Assembly (NCBI GenBank): GCA_051251855.1 | Contig: JBPOGI010000008.1 | Coordinates: forward strand, 23,250 to 87,249 | From: Roseibacillus sp. | GTDB taxonomy: Bacteria > Verrucomicrobiota > Verrucomicrobiia > Verrucomicrobiales > Akkermansiaceae | Reading direction: 5' to 3' | DNA: 64,000 nt | Shown: in pieces, positions 41,614 through 54,256 of the stretch | How positions within the stretch are numbered: the stretch's first letter is position 1 | How the letters are laid out: each line of letters begins with the position of its first letter | The notes under the pieces: model-generated | Database searches by the model: none | What the model saw: only the letters and a program-made list of their open reading frames with translations | Told to the model about the DNA's origin: nothing | Program-made: the position numbers and the translations under genes

Positions 41614-44589
41614 TCACTTCTTTTCTACTTCATAGCGAAGGAAATACTTGGGTTGCTGGTCCACATTCTCATCGACAATGAGATTGTAGAAACCGTTACC
41701 AATATCGATTGGAGAAGCTTGAACCTCATTCCACGACATCAAGTCGATCGACCACAGGAAGGTCAAATCGACAAATTTCTCCGACAAGGAATTGTAGGTA
41801 AAGTAATACCTCAAAGCCTTAGAAGACGGAACTGAAGTCAATCCGCTGACAAACTCCTCATTGTAGACGTCCGGGTTCAACCCAAAGACAAACTCTTCCA
41901 AATTAGTGAAACCGTCATTGTCGCCATCCGCTTCAGCCACAATGTCGGAAGCAGAAGAAGGCGAACCATAGCTCAGCTCGAACAAGTCAGACAAACCATC
42001 ATCATCAAAGTCTGTGCACGCCTTCCCTTGGTATTCGTGTCCTCCCATATCCACGATAGCCACCGCGTTATCATCTCCGTCTACAATCCGTTCTTCCCCC
42101 AGCGCATCTAAAAGAAGCCCCGTCGCCACCGTTTCCACTCCTGGTCCACCTCCATCCAAATCGGCATCATTGTCTCCTTGATCAATAGCGGGAGAATCAT
42201 GACGAATCCGAGGGTCATCCGTGGACACGAAGAGAGGATCGACATCCAGATTGCCTCCCTCATCAGAGCCAATCGAAAGCTCCCACGAATTTCCACTTCC
42301 ATTCGAATGGTCAATCAAAGAAGACGCACAAGCCGTGGTTCCGCCCAAAGTATTCACCACCGATTGCTTGTAGGCATCAAAGCGGTTGAGTCCAACCACC
42401 CCGTTTAGCCAAACAATAGAGTTACTCAATAGAAACGAGCTTCCTACATTGTAGATTGCTCCCGCGATCGCACTGGGGTCAACAGATTGATTCTGCGTGA
42501 TGGTACAATTCACCAATGCCACTTCTGCTGTGGTAGAGAGCGTCGAGACAACCGACCCCGCACTCGCTTGGTTCGCCACAAAGAGAGTGTTCAAGAAGAC
42601 GGGTGAACTCGCGCTGGTGCACATCACCGCCCCTCCTGGTCCAGCTGAATGGTTACCAGAAAAAATACAATTCCTAACAACCGGACTCCCGTTATCAAGC
42701 AGGATTCCTCCTCCTGAGTTGTCAGGAAAACTCCCATTTGCAAAACCATTCGAGACAGTGAACCCGTCCAACACCGCCGAGCTATCCACTCCCGAACCGT
42801 CAACCACATGATAACTATTCATTCCTGCGATTCCAGCTGTATCGTCCTCATCAATATCTCCGCTCAAGATTGAAGTATTCTCAGTGAAATCTCTTTCATT
42901 CACCTCAGCCTCTGTCCCCTGAAATCCACCGTAAAGAGTCACTCCACTTTTGAGCTCGAATGAAACCAAAGGGTCCCTCGGACCCGAGGCAGCGCTATTC
43001 CCTGCCGTTGCATAGTAGGTCCCCTCGGCCACCCAAATCTGCTGCCCCGAAAGAACGTTTTCCAACGCTGCAGCAAGAGACGAATAGGCGTCTGACCAGC
43101 TCAGCCCATTCAGCATCCCGCCGCTAACACCCCGATCGACGAACACCACCGATTCGGAAGATTCAAAGGCACCCAAGTCCGGATCACCAAAAATCACCCG
43201 AGGCATCCGATCGAAATCAAGCGGAAGATCTTCCGTGGTGTTCCCGTCAAAATCGATATCAACAGAATCATTATGAAGAAAGGCCATATCTCCCCGATTG
43301 ATGGTGGGAGAACTTTTCTTCATTCGCAAATCCACTGCAGAAATCTCTGCGATCGTTGCTGCCTCAACTCTCGCGGGCTCAATAAACAAGGGGGCATTGC
43401 CAGAAACAGTTCCATTCATATTTCCAATTCCCGCAGGGTTCCATCCCTCAATCAAACAGTGCCGATAAGTCGGTATCACTTGGCTACTGACGAAAACATC
43501 AGAAGCGCTGCCACCGCCAGAACTCTCGTTATCCCAAATCACACAATGAGAAATGTCGGTCGTTCCTGTCTCATTCAAAAAAATGGCAGCCCCTTCAAGC
43601 GTTGCCTTGTTTCCTGAAAATGTAGAACTCCAAATATCGCTCCCTATGCCACTATTGAGATAAACTACTCCGTTCGCTGCCAAATTATTGTGAAAAACAC
43701 AGTTCACGATATGAGGGGATCCGGAAGCATAGATAGCACCACCATCCGCAGCAACGCTGTTCCCAACGAAGCGACAATTCGCAACTTTTCCACCGTTCAG
43801 CCTCAGCGCTCCTCCTTGATTGGGAGCGGAATTATACTCGAAAACACAATCCACCACAGAGTTACTACCTACAGCTGAAAGAGCCCCACATCGAAACACG
43901 CCTTTATTTCCAGAAAAGAGGCAGCCAATAAATGAGCTCCCCGAGTTTCCCGAATCTACCGCACCGGCGTTCGCTCCAGTGTTTCCAAAGAATTGACAAG
44001 TCCTCACCATTGTAGCGGTGCCCTCAATGAGGAGAGCCCCTCCTGAACCAATGTTAGAAGAGTCACCAGCGGTCACCACAAAGCCATCAATCAGAACTGA
44101 GGTTCCTCCCGATGCCACGGTCACTACATGGCGAGCATTGGCTCCTTGCCTATCAAAAGTCGTTTCTGCGATTAAATTTCCATCACTATCCGAATCGTCT
44201 TGCTGCAAGTCACCACTTAAAATCGTAACGCTGACCTTAGGGTCTCGCTCTCCGAAAACCTGACCATTTTCAAAACCTCCATACAACTCAACGCCATCAT
44301 TGAGCACAAAAGTAGCGCTCACCTCATCGTCTGTCTGGCCCGTGCCTTCGTCCGGATAATAAACTCCTGCCGCGACCCAAACTTCGTCCCCACTCGCCGC
44401 CACAGCCAGTGCATCTTGCAAGGAATGAAATGCATTCGCCCAAGACACCCCGTCTGCCGCACCCCCAGAAAGATTTGAATCCACATAGCGAACCGCAGCT
44501 TGCGACATGGAAGGAACGAGGGTCATCCCCATCCCGATGATGGAGCAGAGTGTTCGTCCAATAGAAAGCGGACCGTTTTTTCTTATCAT
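41614..44589 (-). CDS. Secreted protein with two pectin-lyase-like beta-helix / choice-of-anchor Q-type modules
   Basis: Duplicated G.SW..A..SL..AL...WVA.G.Y / LYGGF / ILSGD module; DLGAFE, DMGGHE; DxDxDG repeats; C-terminal module. Start chosen from signal peptide. Confidence 0.85.
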   Translation of the reverse strand: MIRKNGPLSIGRTLCSIIGMGMTLVPSMSQAAVRYVDSNLSGGAADGVSWANAFHSLQDALAVAASGDEVWVAAGVYYPDEGTGQTDDEVSATFVLNDGVELYGGFENGQVFGERDPKVSVTILSGDLQQDDSDSDGNLIAETTFDRQGANARHVVTVASGGTSVLIDGFVVTAGDSSNIGSGGALLIEGTATMVRTCQFFGNTGANAGAVDSGNSGSSFIGCLFSGNKGVFRCGALSAVGSNSVVDCVFEYNSAPNQGGALRLNGGKVANCRFVGNSVAADGGAIYASGSPHIVNCVFHNNLAANGVVYLNSGIGSDIWSSTFSGNKATLEGAAIFLNETGTTDISHCVIWDNESSGGGSASDVFVSSQVIPTYRHCLIEGWNPAGIGNMNGTVSGNAPLFIEPARVEAATIAEISAVDLRMKKSSPTINRGDMAFLHNDSVDIDFDGNTTEDLPLDFDRMPRVIFGDPDLGAFESSESVVFVDRGVSGGMLNGLSWSDAYSSLAAALENVLSGQQIWVAEGTYYATAGNSAASGPRDPLVSFELKSGVTLYGGFQGTEAEVNERDFTENTSILSGDIDEDDTAGIAGMNSYHVVDGSGVDSSAVLDGFTVSNGFANGSFPDNSGGGILLDNGSPVVRNCIFSGNHSAGPGGAVMCTSASSPVFLNTLFVANQASAGSVVSTLSTTAEVALVNCTITQNQSVDPSAIAGAIYNVGSSFLLSNSIVWLNGVVGLNRFDAYKQSVVNTLGGTTACASSLIDHSNGSGNSWELSIGSDEGGNLDVDPLFVSTDDPRIRHDSPAIDQGDNDADLDGGGPGVETVATGLLLDALGEERIVDGDDNAVAIVDMGGHEYQGKACTDFDDDGLSDLFELSYGSPSSASDIVAEADGDNDGFTNLEEFVFGLNPDVYNEEFVSGLTSVPSSKALRYYFTYNSLSEKFVDLTFLWSIDLMSWNEVQASPIDIGNGFYNLIVDENVDQQPKYFLRYEVEKK

Positions 44590-44877
44590 GAGTCGTCGGA
44601 TTGTTAAATGGAAACCATCAAATCGAGAAGAGGAGCTCGATTTACCGGCAGATACTATCAACATCGATAGCACAATCGAGTGCATTCTCCATCATCTTGC
44701 TCGGCCATCCTCTTCGTTCGGACGGCTCGAATCAAAAGTGAACAGGGAATACCCATCCCTTACTCGGGCGCCAAAATTCATGCAGTCATCACCTGATCCA
44801 CCGAAAAACCGAAGTGACGTCAGCGGAGAAGAAACTAAAGTCCTCCGGCACTTTGCTTCTCTACTTTAGAAAAATTC

Positions 44878-45214
44878 TCATTGCATAACCAACCTCAAGA
44901 ACTGCCTTCCGACTCCTTCGCTCACTAGAAGTTTCACCCAAACAAATTCAATAGTAGCGTTCCCCATCGGCGACATCCAAGATGGTTGTCAAAACGGTCA
45001 TCCACGAGCACAACCCACCCTACAGTCCATTGTTCGAAACCTGCTCGACACTGGAAAAATGCCCCCCATCATCTCCCACCCGATCGCGGCCCAAATAGAG
45101 CTCCCGAAAATTGATCAGCCTGTTCTGGTTGGGGTCGGAGTTAGGACTCGAGTCTTGTCTTTCGCAGCCAGCCGGTCCTTCCCAATCAGAAATCGGTAAG
45201 AGCTGGATCACCAT
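44878..45214 (-). pseudogene. Decayed C-terminal end of a secreted-protein gene
   Basis: DPNQNRLINFRELYLGRD (DxDxDG..N..E..LG.D-like); after a stop and a frameshift, EFVWVKLLVSEGVGRQFLRLVMQ*. Confidence 0.55.
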
Positions 45215-45332
45215 TCCTACTAGGGCCTCGGTTTCCTCCTGAGTCCTCGTTCTCTCAGACCTCGACCGTCAATAGCGCCCACTGTTTCCGTAGCTCCGTC
45301 CCACTCATCGAACCGGCTCTTCTTTCATCAAC

Positions 45333-48300
45333 TTAGTTCGAACTGCTCGTGACTGTTGGAAGAGAGCGCATCCGCACGAAACCTTGCGGGGAGTCGGCAA
45401 GGATGTTGGCGATTTCATCAGTTTGGATCGAGCCGTCTCCAATGAAGGTGAGCCCGAGGTTCCAATCTTGCGCATTGAAAGAATACTCGATGAAGTAGGT
45501 GGTGCCGAGGTCCGTCAGAATTCGAGCTGAAAGAATGCCCCGCGAAAACGAAGTCGCGTAGGGGTTCTCAGGATCGAGCTCATCAAGCGAAACTGCGAAT
45601 TCTTGGTAGGAGTTTTCGTAAGAGTCGATCTCTTCCACGGTGGCATAAATTTCTGCGCCAGGCGCAGCTACCTCCAAGTAGTCAAAATTGGCAACTCCTT
45701 TGGGCTTTTCCACGAAGCTGCTAAAGGCATTTCGCAAAGTCAAATTGTGGACTCCTTGCTCAAGGTAGACTGAACGTGTCTCCGTCAATTGCCATTCGTC
45801 CCAGCTCGATTGGGTTTGGAGATTAAAAGTCGTTACCCAGCTGCCATTGACTTGAAGTTCGACTTGGCCTGTCCCTGTGAGAGGGCCCACCGCTGAGTCA
45901 GGGCCACGAGCGTAGCGCACCGTGAATTGATAGTTTCCTGACGTGGTAGCCTCGTAGGGCACGATGACCTGTTCGTTAGTATCGATGCCATCCCAATTGG
46001 CAATGTAGCCGTTATCACTGTATCCTAAGGTTTCAGTTCTTACTGCAGCTCCATTAGTAGGAGTGCCGTTCTCAAGCTCCAGTCGTTGGATACCGCTCTC
46101 AGTGGGTGTTGGGGGTATCGCGGGAGGGCCCACAGATGCGAGTTCCAGATAGTCAAAATTGGCCACTCCAATGTTCTTATCGCTTTCGGTTGAGAATGGA
46201 TTGCGCAAAACGAGATTATGGTTCCCTGCTTCCAGATAGACCGATGTCGCTGCCGAGGTTTGCCACTCGCTCCATTCATTGGTCGTCGAGAGAACAAGGC
46301 CACCAAGGTAAGCCCCGTCGAGTGAGATATCAACTTGTCCAAATCCAGAGAGCTCACCCACACCCGAATAACGACCACGTCCATAGCGCAAAGTGATTTC
46401 GTAGTCTCCCGAGGTGGCAATCGCAAACGGAACGGTGACCGTTTCGTTGCGACCAATCCCGTCCCATCCCGCGATGAAACCGCTGCCGCTATATCCTGCA
46501 TCATCGGAACTCACGAAAGCCCCGTCACCCGGGGTGCCATCTTCGAGCTCGACGCGAACAACGCTTGGTTCGGGCTCTGGAGAAGTTGCTCCTTCAAAGG
46601 TGAGGTCAATGGAATCAAAATTGGCGACTCCCCATTGCTTCCCTTCTTGCGACGAGTGAGGGTTGCGCAGGCTGAGAGTGCGGGTACCCGCTTCCAAAGG
46701 GAGTGAGGTTTCTACCTGCTGCCACTCATCCCAATCGGCGGAGGTTTGGAGAGTGAGGGTTTGGACCAAGATGCCGTCCACTAAGAGTTGCACTTGTCCT
46801 TCACCAGTCAACTCGCCGAGGGCAGACCACGTTCCTCGTCCGTAGGTAAGGACAAGCTGGTGGTCGCCGGATTCTGGAATATTAACGTCAATGCTGAGTT
46901 CTTCGTTCTGACCAACATTATCCCATCCGGCGACAAAGCCGTTGCCGCTATATCCGGGATCTTCATTGCTGAACCCTGCACCGCTGGAAGGGGTGCCATC
47001 TTCGAGTTCCAAGCTGACAAAACCGTTGCTAAGAGTCGGAGTGCCTGGTTCCGGTTCCGGTTCCGGTTCCGGTTCCGGCTCCTCATTCTCACCAACCTCA
47101 ATCGTAATCGTTCCCACTGTCTCCACCAACCCATCCCACACATTGAACTGAAAGCTATCACTCCCCTCAAAGCCAGAGTTGGGAGTATAGATAAAGTTAG
47201 GAGCCGTTCCAGAGACTTCCCCATTGGCCGCATTAGTTGCCACGGTGATATTGAGCGAGTCACCGTCAGCATCACTTCCGGTGGCGGTAATGCTTACCTG
47301 CTCTCCGGGAGCTGCATCCACTTGAATATCGTTTGCCTGCGGCGACTGGTTCGAGACTCCTGAGCCAACTCTGGTAAAAACGCCCTGACTAGCATTCCAG
47401 TAGGTTCCATTCGGATTCACCTCCAACTTAACAGCGCGAACCATATAATAAGTCGTTGCCGTGGGAAAAGTCTCATGTCGATAGAACAACGCATTGAGAG
47501 GCGCGTTCGTAAGACGGGAAAATGAACCTATAGGGTCTTGCGAAACATAGAGATGATATCCGACTACCGCCGAGTCCGAGGACGCTCCCCAGGAGAGGTC
47601 GACGCCACTGCCATTCATCACCGCAGTCACATTCCCCGCAGGAGCAACAGGATGAACACGAAGAGTCGGGTCCCCCATCAAATTAATATGAACCATGCCG
47701 TCGAGTTGACCATTCACCTCGTCGATGGGACTATAGTCATGGCCTTCCGCAGAATTAGCGTTGTCGTTATTATTAACGGTACGGAAGTTGCTATAGCCTA
47801 TCGTCTCCCCCATCCCAGTATGGTGGAAATACCAATTCGGCCGTACTCCCCAGAAACAAGTTAACCCATACCAAGGCATCGTGAGCATCGCACGCATGGG
47901 ATTATTATCGTATTGCCAAATCTGCTTTCCGCTCAGGAAGTTGACTGTGAATTGAGACTGAAAACGAAAGTCCGGGTAGAGCTCACCATTCCAATGACGA
48001 CCTGCAACCCCCCAGAGGAAAGGCTGGGTCTGCTCCGTCACTTCTTCATAGACCTCCAAAGTATTGGACGGTCCTAGCATCCCCACGACAGCAGCGGTCT
48101 CCACCGGGCTCTCATCAAATGCCATGAGGGTCACACAGCCTGTCCGCGGCACCGTATAGCGAAGATGTCGGAAGTTATGGTTTTTCTCAAGATAGAGACG
48201 AAGCAACTCGGTCTCACTCTGTGACCAAGCAGGCATATCCGCAAAATCAACCCGACCAATTGGAATCTCAATGCGATGGTTGGGGCCCGGAATGACGTTG

Positions 48301-49067
48301 TCGTCGTAATGCCCGTCGTCGGGATAGTAATCTTGCTGATCAGAATCAGAGGTCGAAAGAATATCACTCCACTCCCCATCGACATCGGCGTAGAACAAAT
48401 CCGTCGGCTGGCGATAGAGCTCATGCTCGTCAGGCCGAATGAGACCACTCGTCACCACTGGCAGGTGACCGAACAAGATAATAGACGCAAGAGGACTGGC
48501 TGCATGACGCGTCTGTATTTCCGCACGAAGTGACTCAGGACTCGCCGCGCCCTCGCGGCCAAAGTTCAGCCGTTCCACCCTCCAACCATCGCCCACCAAA
48601 TCCATTTCGAAACGCTGTAACTCCTGAGTTAACGAACCCGCGATGGAATCATCAACGACCAACAGGACCTTCCCGCGCGCATCGACCAACGGTGCCTCAA
48701 TTCCACAGCTTGCATAGGCCGCAGTTGGATAAGCGAAATCCTCATCCGCTGGCACGAAAAATTGATATTCGTAGATAATCCCGGGTGTGACGGAAGAATC
48801 AGTCCAGCTGCTCGTGCTTCGAGGTAGGGTCACTTGTGGAACCCAAGTCAATCCGGTGAGTTCTCCCTCGACCCGACGTGAAATCTCAATACCGGGACCA
48901 TCGTCATCATCTCGAGTCCAATCAAAGGTGATTTGATTCGCTTGCTCATCAACAGAGATCTCCAATGCGATCAAATTTCGCACCCCTGCAATGGAAGCAA
49001 GCGAGGAGAGAAATAGCAGGGCAAGAAAAACAAGACGCGGTCGGAACAACGGGAACAAAACGATCAA
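45333..49067 (-). CDS. Secreted multidomain protein: FN3, peptidase-C25-like core, FN3, Ig-like, three CBM6/CBM35-like modules
   Basis: IILFGHLP, DLFYAD.DG, IGR, NLMGDPTL; three xELExG..GYSG.G..A.WD..ANFD repeats; (EP)n linker. Confidence 0.8.
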   Translation of the reverse strand: MIVLFPLFRPRLVFLALLFLSSLASIAGVRNLIALEISVDEQANQITFDWTRDDDDGPGIEISRRVEGELTGLTWVPQVTLPRSTSSWTDSSVTPGIIYEYQFFVPADEDFAYPTAAYASCGIEAPLVDARGKVLLVVDDSIAGSLTQELQRFEMDLVGDGWRVERLNFGREGAASPESLRAEIQTRHAASPLASIILFGHLPVVTSGLIRPDEHELYRQPTDLFYADVDGEWSDILSTSDSDQQDYYPDDGHYDDNVIPGPNHRIEIPIGRVDFADMPAWSQSETELLRLYLEKNHNFRHLRYTVPRTGCVTLMAFDESPVETAAVVGMLGPSNTLEVYEEVTEQTQPFLWGVAGRHWNGELYPDFRFQSQFTVNFLSGKQIWQYDNNPMRAMLTMPWYGLTCFWGVRPNWYFHHTGMGETIGYSNFRTVNNNDNANSAEGHDYSPIDEVNGQLDGMVHINLMGDPTLRVHPVAPAGNVTAVMNGSGVDLSWGASSDSAVVGYHLYVSQDPIGSFSRLTNAPLNALFYRHETFPTATTYYMVRAVKLEVNPNGTYWNASQGVFTRVGSGVSNQSPQANDIQVDAAPGEQVSITATGSDADGDSLNITVATNAANGEVSGTAPNFIYTPNSGFEGSDSFQFNVWDGLVETVGTITIEVGENEEPEPEPEPEPEPGTPTLSNGFVSLELEDGTPSSGAGFSNEDPGYSGNGFVAGWDNVGQNEELSIDVNIPESGDHQLVLTYGRGTWSALGELTGEGQVQLLVDGILVQTLTLQTSADWDEWQQVETSLPLEAGTRTLSLRNPHSSQEGKQWGVANFDSIDLTFEGATSPEPEPSVVRVELEDGTPGDGAFVSSDDAGYSGSGFIAGWDGIGRNETVTVPFAIATSGDYEITLRYGRGRYSGVGELSGFGQVDISLDGAYLGGLVLSTTNEWSEWQTSAATSVYLEAGNHNLVLRNPFSTESDKNIGVANFDYLELASVGPPAIPPTPTESGIQRLELENGTPTNGAAVRTETLGYSDNGYIANWDGIDTNEQVIVPYEATTSGNYQFTVRYARGPDSAVGPLTGTGQVELQVNGSWVTTFNLQTQSSWDEWQLTETRSVYLEQGVHNLTLRNAFSSFVEKPKGVANFDYLEVAAPGAEIYATVEEIDSYENSYQEFAVSLDELDPENPYATSFSRGILSARILTDLGTTYFIEYSFNAQDWNLGLTFIGDGSIQTDEIANILADSPQGFVRMRSLPTVTSSSN
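47047..47082. repeat. Hexamer tandem repeat (GGTTCC)x5 plus one variant, encoding a Glu-Pro linker
   Basis: Seen directly; in frame. Confidence 0.95.
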
Positions 49068-49389
49068 AAAGGGGGTGAACGGGGCGTTCTTAAACGAATT
49101 CGAGCATTTGTAACGAAAGTTTTGTCATATTTCGCCCTACGCGACGAAAATTGAAGAATAGAAAGGCAGTTTTAGCCAATCGCGGAAAGCGTTTCCTTCC
49201 TCGAGCGTGAGGTGAGGATGCATCAGCAGACCGAGGATGTATTAGAGAACCTCCCGAAGCATACTTTTGCAAATCAGAACATACCGATTGTCAAGTTATT
49301 CAAACTAGATCCTTCAAAAGAATACTTGAACCCACGTGCCCCATTCCTAAGTCTCTTTCTCCTACGTAGAAAACAACTCGCAGCGACAA

Positions 49390-50151
49390 ATGAAAAACCA
49401 AAAGAACCCTGTCCTCAAAACGTTGATTCTCCCTCTTACTTTAGTAAGCGTTGGAGCCAGCAACTCCAATGCGGCGATTACAATAACGCCAGCATTCACT
49501 GTTCTTGCTTCACCGCCAACGGTCAGTAATACCGATTTAGCCCAAACCGCCGTCTCAAATCCCACCGTGGACATTACTGCAGTAAGTGGTGACACGTTGG
49601 GAGCCGGGACCCGACGCCTTGGTTTGTTCAATGGTGCAGTTGGCGATTCGACCCAGAACACAAATGAAGCTGACTATGTGCGGGTTGTCTCAGGGGACAC
49701 GCTTTCCATCGATTTCGATGTCACCACAAATACGCTTGGATACGACATCACAGGAATCACCTCCGTCTTCAACTGGGGGGACCGTGCCGACCAAGGTTTC
49801 TCTGTCGATATTGATTACGTAGGCGGCACGACTGCAACCTTACTCGCTGCTGGTTTCTGGGGTGATCAAAATCCTCAGAACGGCACTACACAATATTCGA
49901 TCGTGACCATTGCCAACACAGGTGGTGGAGCTTTGAATAACGACACCTTTACTTTCGGCGGCACAACAACTGCAGGAACGAGTGCGGTTGCTACCGGCGT
50001 AGAGTCGATCACATTCACTTTCAACAACCTCAGAAACCCTAGCGTTGCTGGAGAAATTGACATCTTCGGAGTCGCAACTGTCCCCGAACCTTCCTCAGCT
50101 CTTTTGCTCGGACTTGCCGGAATGGGATTCTTGGTTCGCCGTCGCAAATAG
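49390..50151 (+). CDS. PEP-CTERM sorting-domain protein
   Basis: Signal peptide; C-terminus VPEPSSALLLGLAGMGFLVRRRK. Confidence 0.95.
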   Translation: MKNQKNPVLKTLILPLTLVSVGASNSNAAITITPAFTVLASPPTVSNTDLAQTAVSNPTVDITAVSGDTLGAGTRRLGLFNGAVGDSTQNTNEADYVRVVSGDTLSIDFDVTTNTLGYDITGITSVFNWGDRADQGFSVDIDYVGGTTATLLAAGFWGDQNPQNGTTQYSIVTIANTGGGALNNDTFTFGGTTTAGTSAVATGVESITFTFNNLRNPSVAGEIDIFGVATVPEPSSALLLGLAGMGFLVRRRK

Positions 50152-50174
50152 ATTCAAAACGCACGCTCTTTTCG

Positions 50175-50206
50175 AAGAAGGCCACCCTCTGGTGGCCTTC
50201 TTTTTT
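50175..50206 (+). terminator. Intrinsic terminator
   Basis: AAGAAGGCCACC-CTCT-GGTGGCCTTCTT followed by a T-run. Confidence 0.9.
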
Positions 50207-50327
50207 GTATTCCACAAGTGAACATATCTTTTGGAATTGCTTCTCAAAGAGCCTGTTTCCGCTCCATGCCCTCTCACAAAGTCAATCAGTTTTAGGGGCC
50301 CTTATGGCCGCAATTTTTTGTTCCTGA

Positions 50328-52709
<2,382 letters not shown>

Positions 52710-52753
52710 ATCTATCCTTGCCATCTCTCCCTCTTAGTTCCTAACCTTTAAAG

Positions 52754-54256
52754 ATGGGTTCAAAGCTATTGTTAGTCGCGAGTCACCTTCTCGTCTTCAC
52801 CCTCTGCCTCCTACTGGGCAAGTCGCTCGCTAACACCTCACCCAGAACCTCCACAGCACCTAAAAACCCTACCAGCGGCAACCCTCACCCTCCCTTACAT
52901 TCACCCCGAGAGACTCTCTCCAGATTCCTACCTCAAGCAACCGACTCTTACAAGGAGCTGGCACAAAGTATCGCTCCCTCCACCGACTTCGCCTCTCAGC
53001 TGAGCAAACTTCTGAAGCAAGTAAAGCTACCCCGCGTTTATAATGACGACGATGTTTCCGGAGACTCCGTTGAGGAAATCGCTCTCTTCAACCAGATTCA
53101 TGCTCATGTCTATCAATGGTTACAGACAGATCCCGAGGCCTTCTTCCAGTTTCTCCAAAAGGACTCTGACTACCGCCATATTCTCAGCAAAGGACCGACC
53201 AATGCTCTCTTAGATCATATTGCCGAAACAGGAGTCCTCAACAACCTCGAACTCATTCGCAGTATGGGTGGCAGCCACAACAGCCACTTCCTCAGCAAAT
53301 CTCTTCAAAGCGAATTTGAAAAAGGTGCCCGCTTGAGTCTCCTTGATCGACTTGAGACAGAGATCGTAGGCTTCCCTTCAAAGGAACAAGGGCAGAGCGA
53401 CCTCATCGCTGCCTTTGTTTCTTTTGACCAACGAGAAGACTTGCTCTCCCGAGTGTTAGATGCGGAAAGACCGAACATCTACGAAATTGTTCGTTTCATA
53501 AGAAACAAGGAGCATCCTCAAGCTGAGATTATTCCTTGGGTGCAGGGACTACTTGCTTCCGATAGATTGAGCGAGGAAATGAAAGAGGGACTGCGCCCTA
53601 ACTTTCGGTATTGGCTGGAAAGATATGCATCTCAAATTCCCCCCGATGAGCGAGTGGCACTCACCGTGGCAGAAACGGGAGGTAATCCAAAGCAAGTCGC
53701 TAAGAGCGTTGCTCAAAACGAAGTCTTCTCGTTCCTTAACGATAGCGATCTCGATTACCGCTATCAATTCCGTCACGGTAGACTCTCCGCCCAAGAGATT
53801 GGAGCCCTCTTCCAAAAGCAATACCCTGACCTTCTAACTCAAAACCCAGTTGATAGCGTGAGAAGACTCTATGTGGAGCTCTCCGAAGAAGGCCCCACAG
53901 GCGCGCTCCCAATCCTTGATCTCCTCAATGATCCCATCCGAGCGACCAACATCCAATATTATGCCTTTACGAGGGGCTTCTTCAATGTGTCACCTGACCA
54001 AATCCTTGAGCAGTCCGAAAGCCTCCCCCCTCCTGCCGGTCCAGGACAAGAGAAGGCTCGCTATCAGGCCTGGAAGCTCCACAGCGACGACTTACTCAAA
54101 CGACACGGCAATGACTACGTGCAGTGGGTGACCGAGATGACTCCAGGCCCCCAGAAGGAAGCAGCCATCCATTGGACCTCTCAATATGCCGAAGAGCTCT
54201 TTCCCAAGCAGGCTGAAGAAATCTCCTCTCAACTGAACTTCTCTCGAAATCAATGA
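52754..54256 (+). CDS. Membrane-anchored hypothetical protein
   Basis: Long ORF; N-terminal SHLLV hydrophobic helix; W...DPEA helical motif. Confidence 0.8.
   Translation: MGSKLLLVASHLLVFTLCLLLGKSLANTSPRTSTAPKNPTSGNPHPPLHSPRETLSRFLPQATDSYKELAQSIAPSTDFASQLSKLLKQVKLPRVYNDDDVSGDSVEEIALFNQIHAHVYQWLQTDPEAFFQFLQKDSDYRHILSKGPTNALLDHIAETGVLNNLELIRSMGGSHNSHFLSKSLQSEFEKGARLSLLDRLETEIVGFPSKEQGQSDLIAAFVSFDQREDLLSRVLDAERPNIYEIVRFIRNKEHPQAEIIPWVQGLLASDRLSEEMKEGLRPNFRYWLERYASQIPPDERVALTVAETGGNPKQVAKSVAQNEVFSFLNDSDLDYRYQFRHGRLSAQEIGALFQKQYPDLLTQNPVDSVRRLYVELSEEGPTGALPILDLLNDPIRATNIQYYAFTRGFFNVSPDQILEQSESLPPPAGPGQEKARYQAWKLHSDDLLKRHGNDYVQWVTEMTPGPQKEAAIHWTSQYAEELFPKQAEEISSQLNFSRNQ

Noticed and set aside
41485..45280. 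Direct repeat 41485-41504 / ~45220-45239 around the beta-helix gene
   Set aside because: 15/20 match with gapped extension; too weak without a statistical test.
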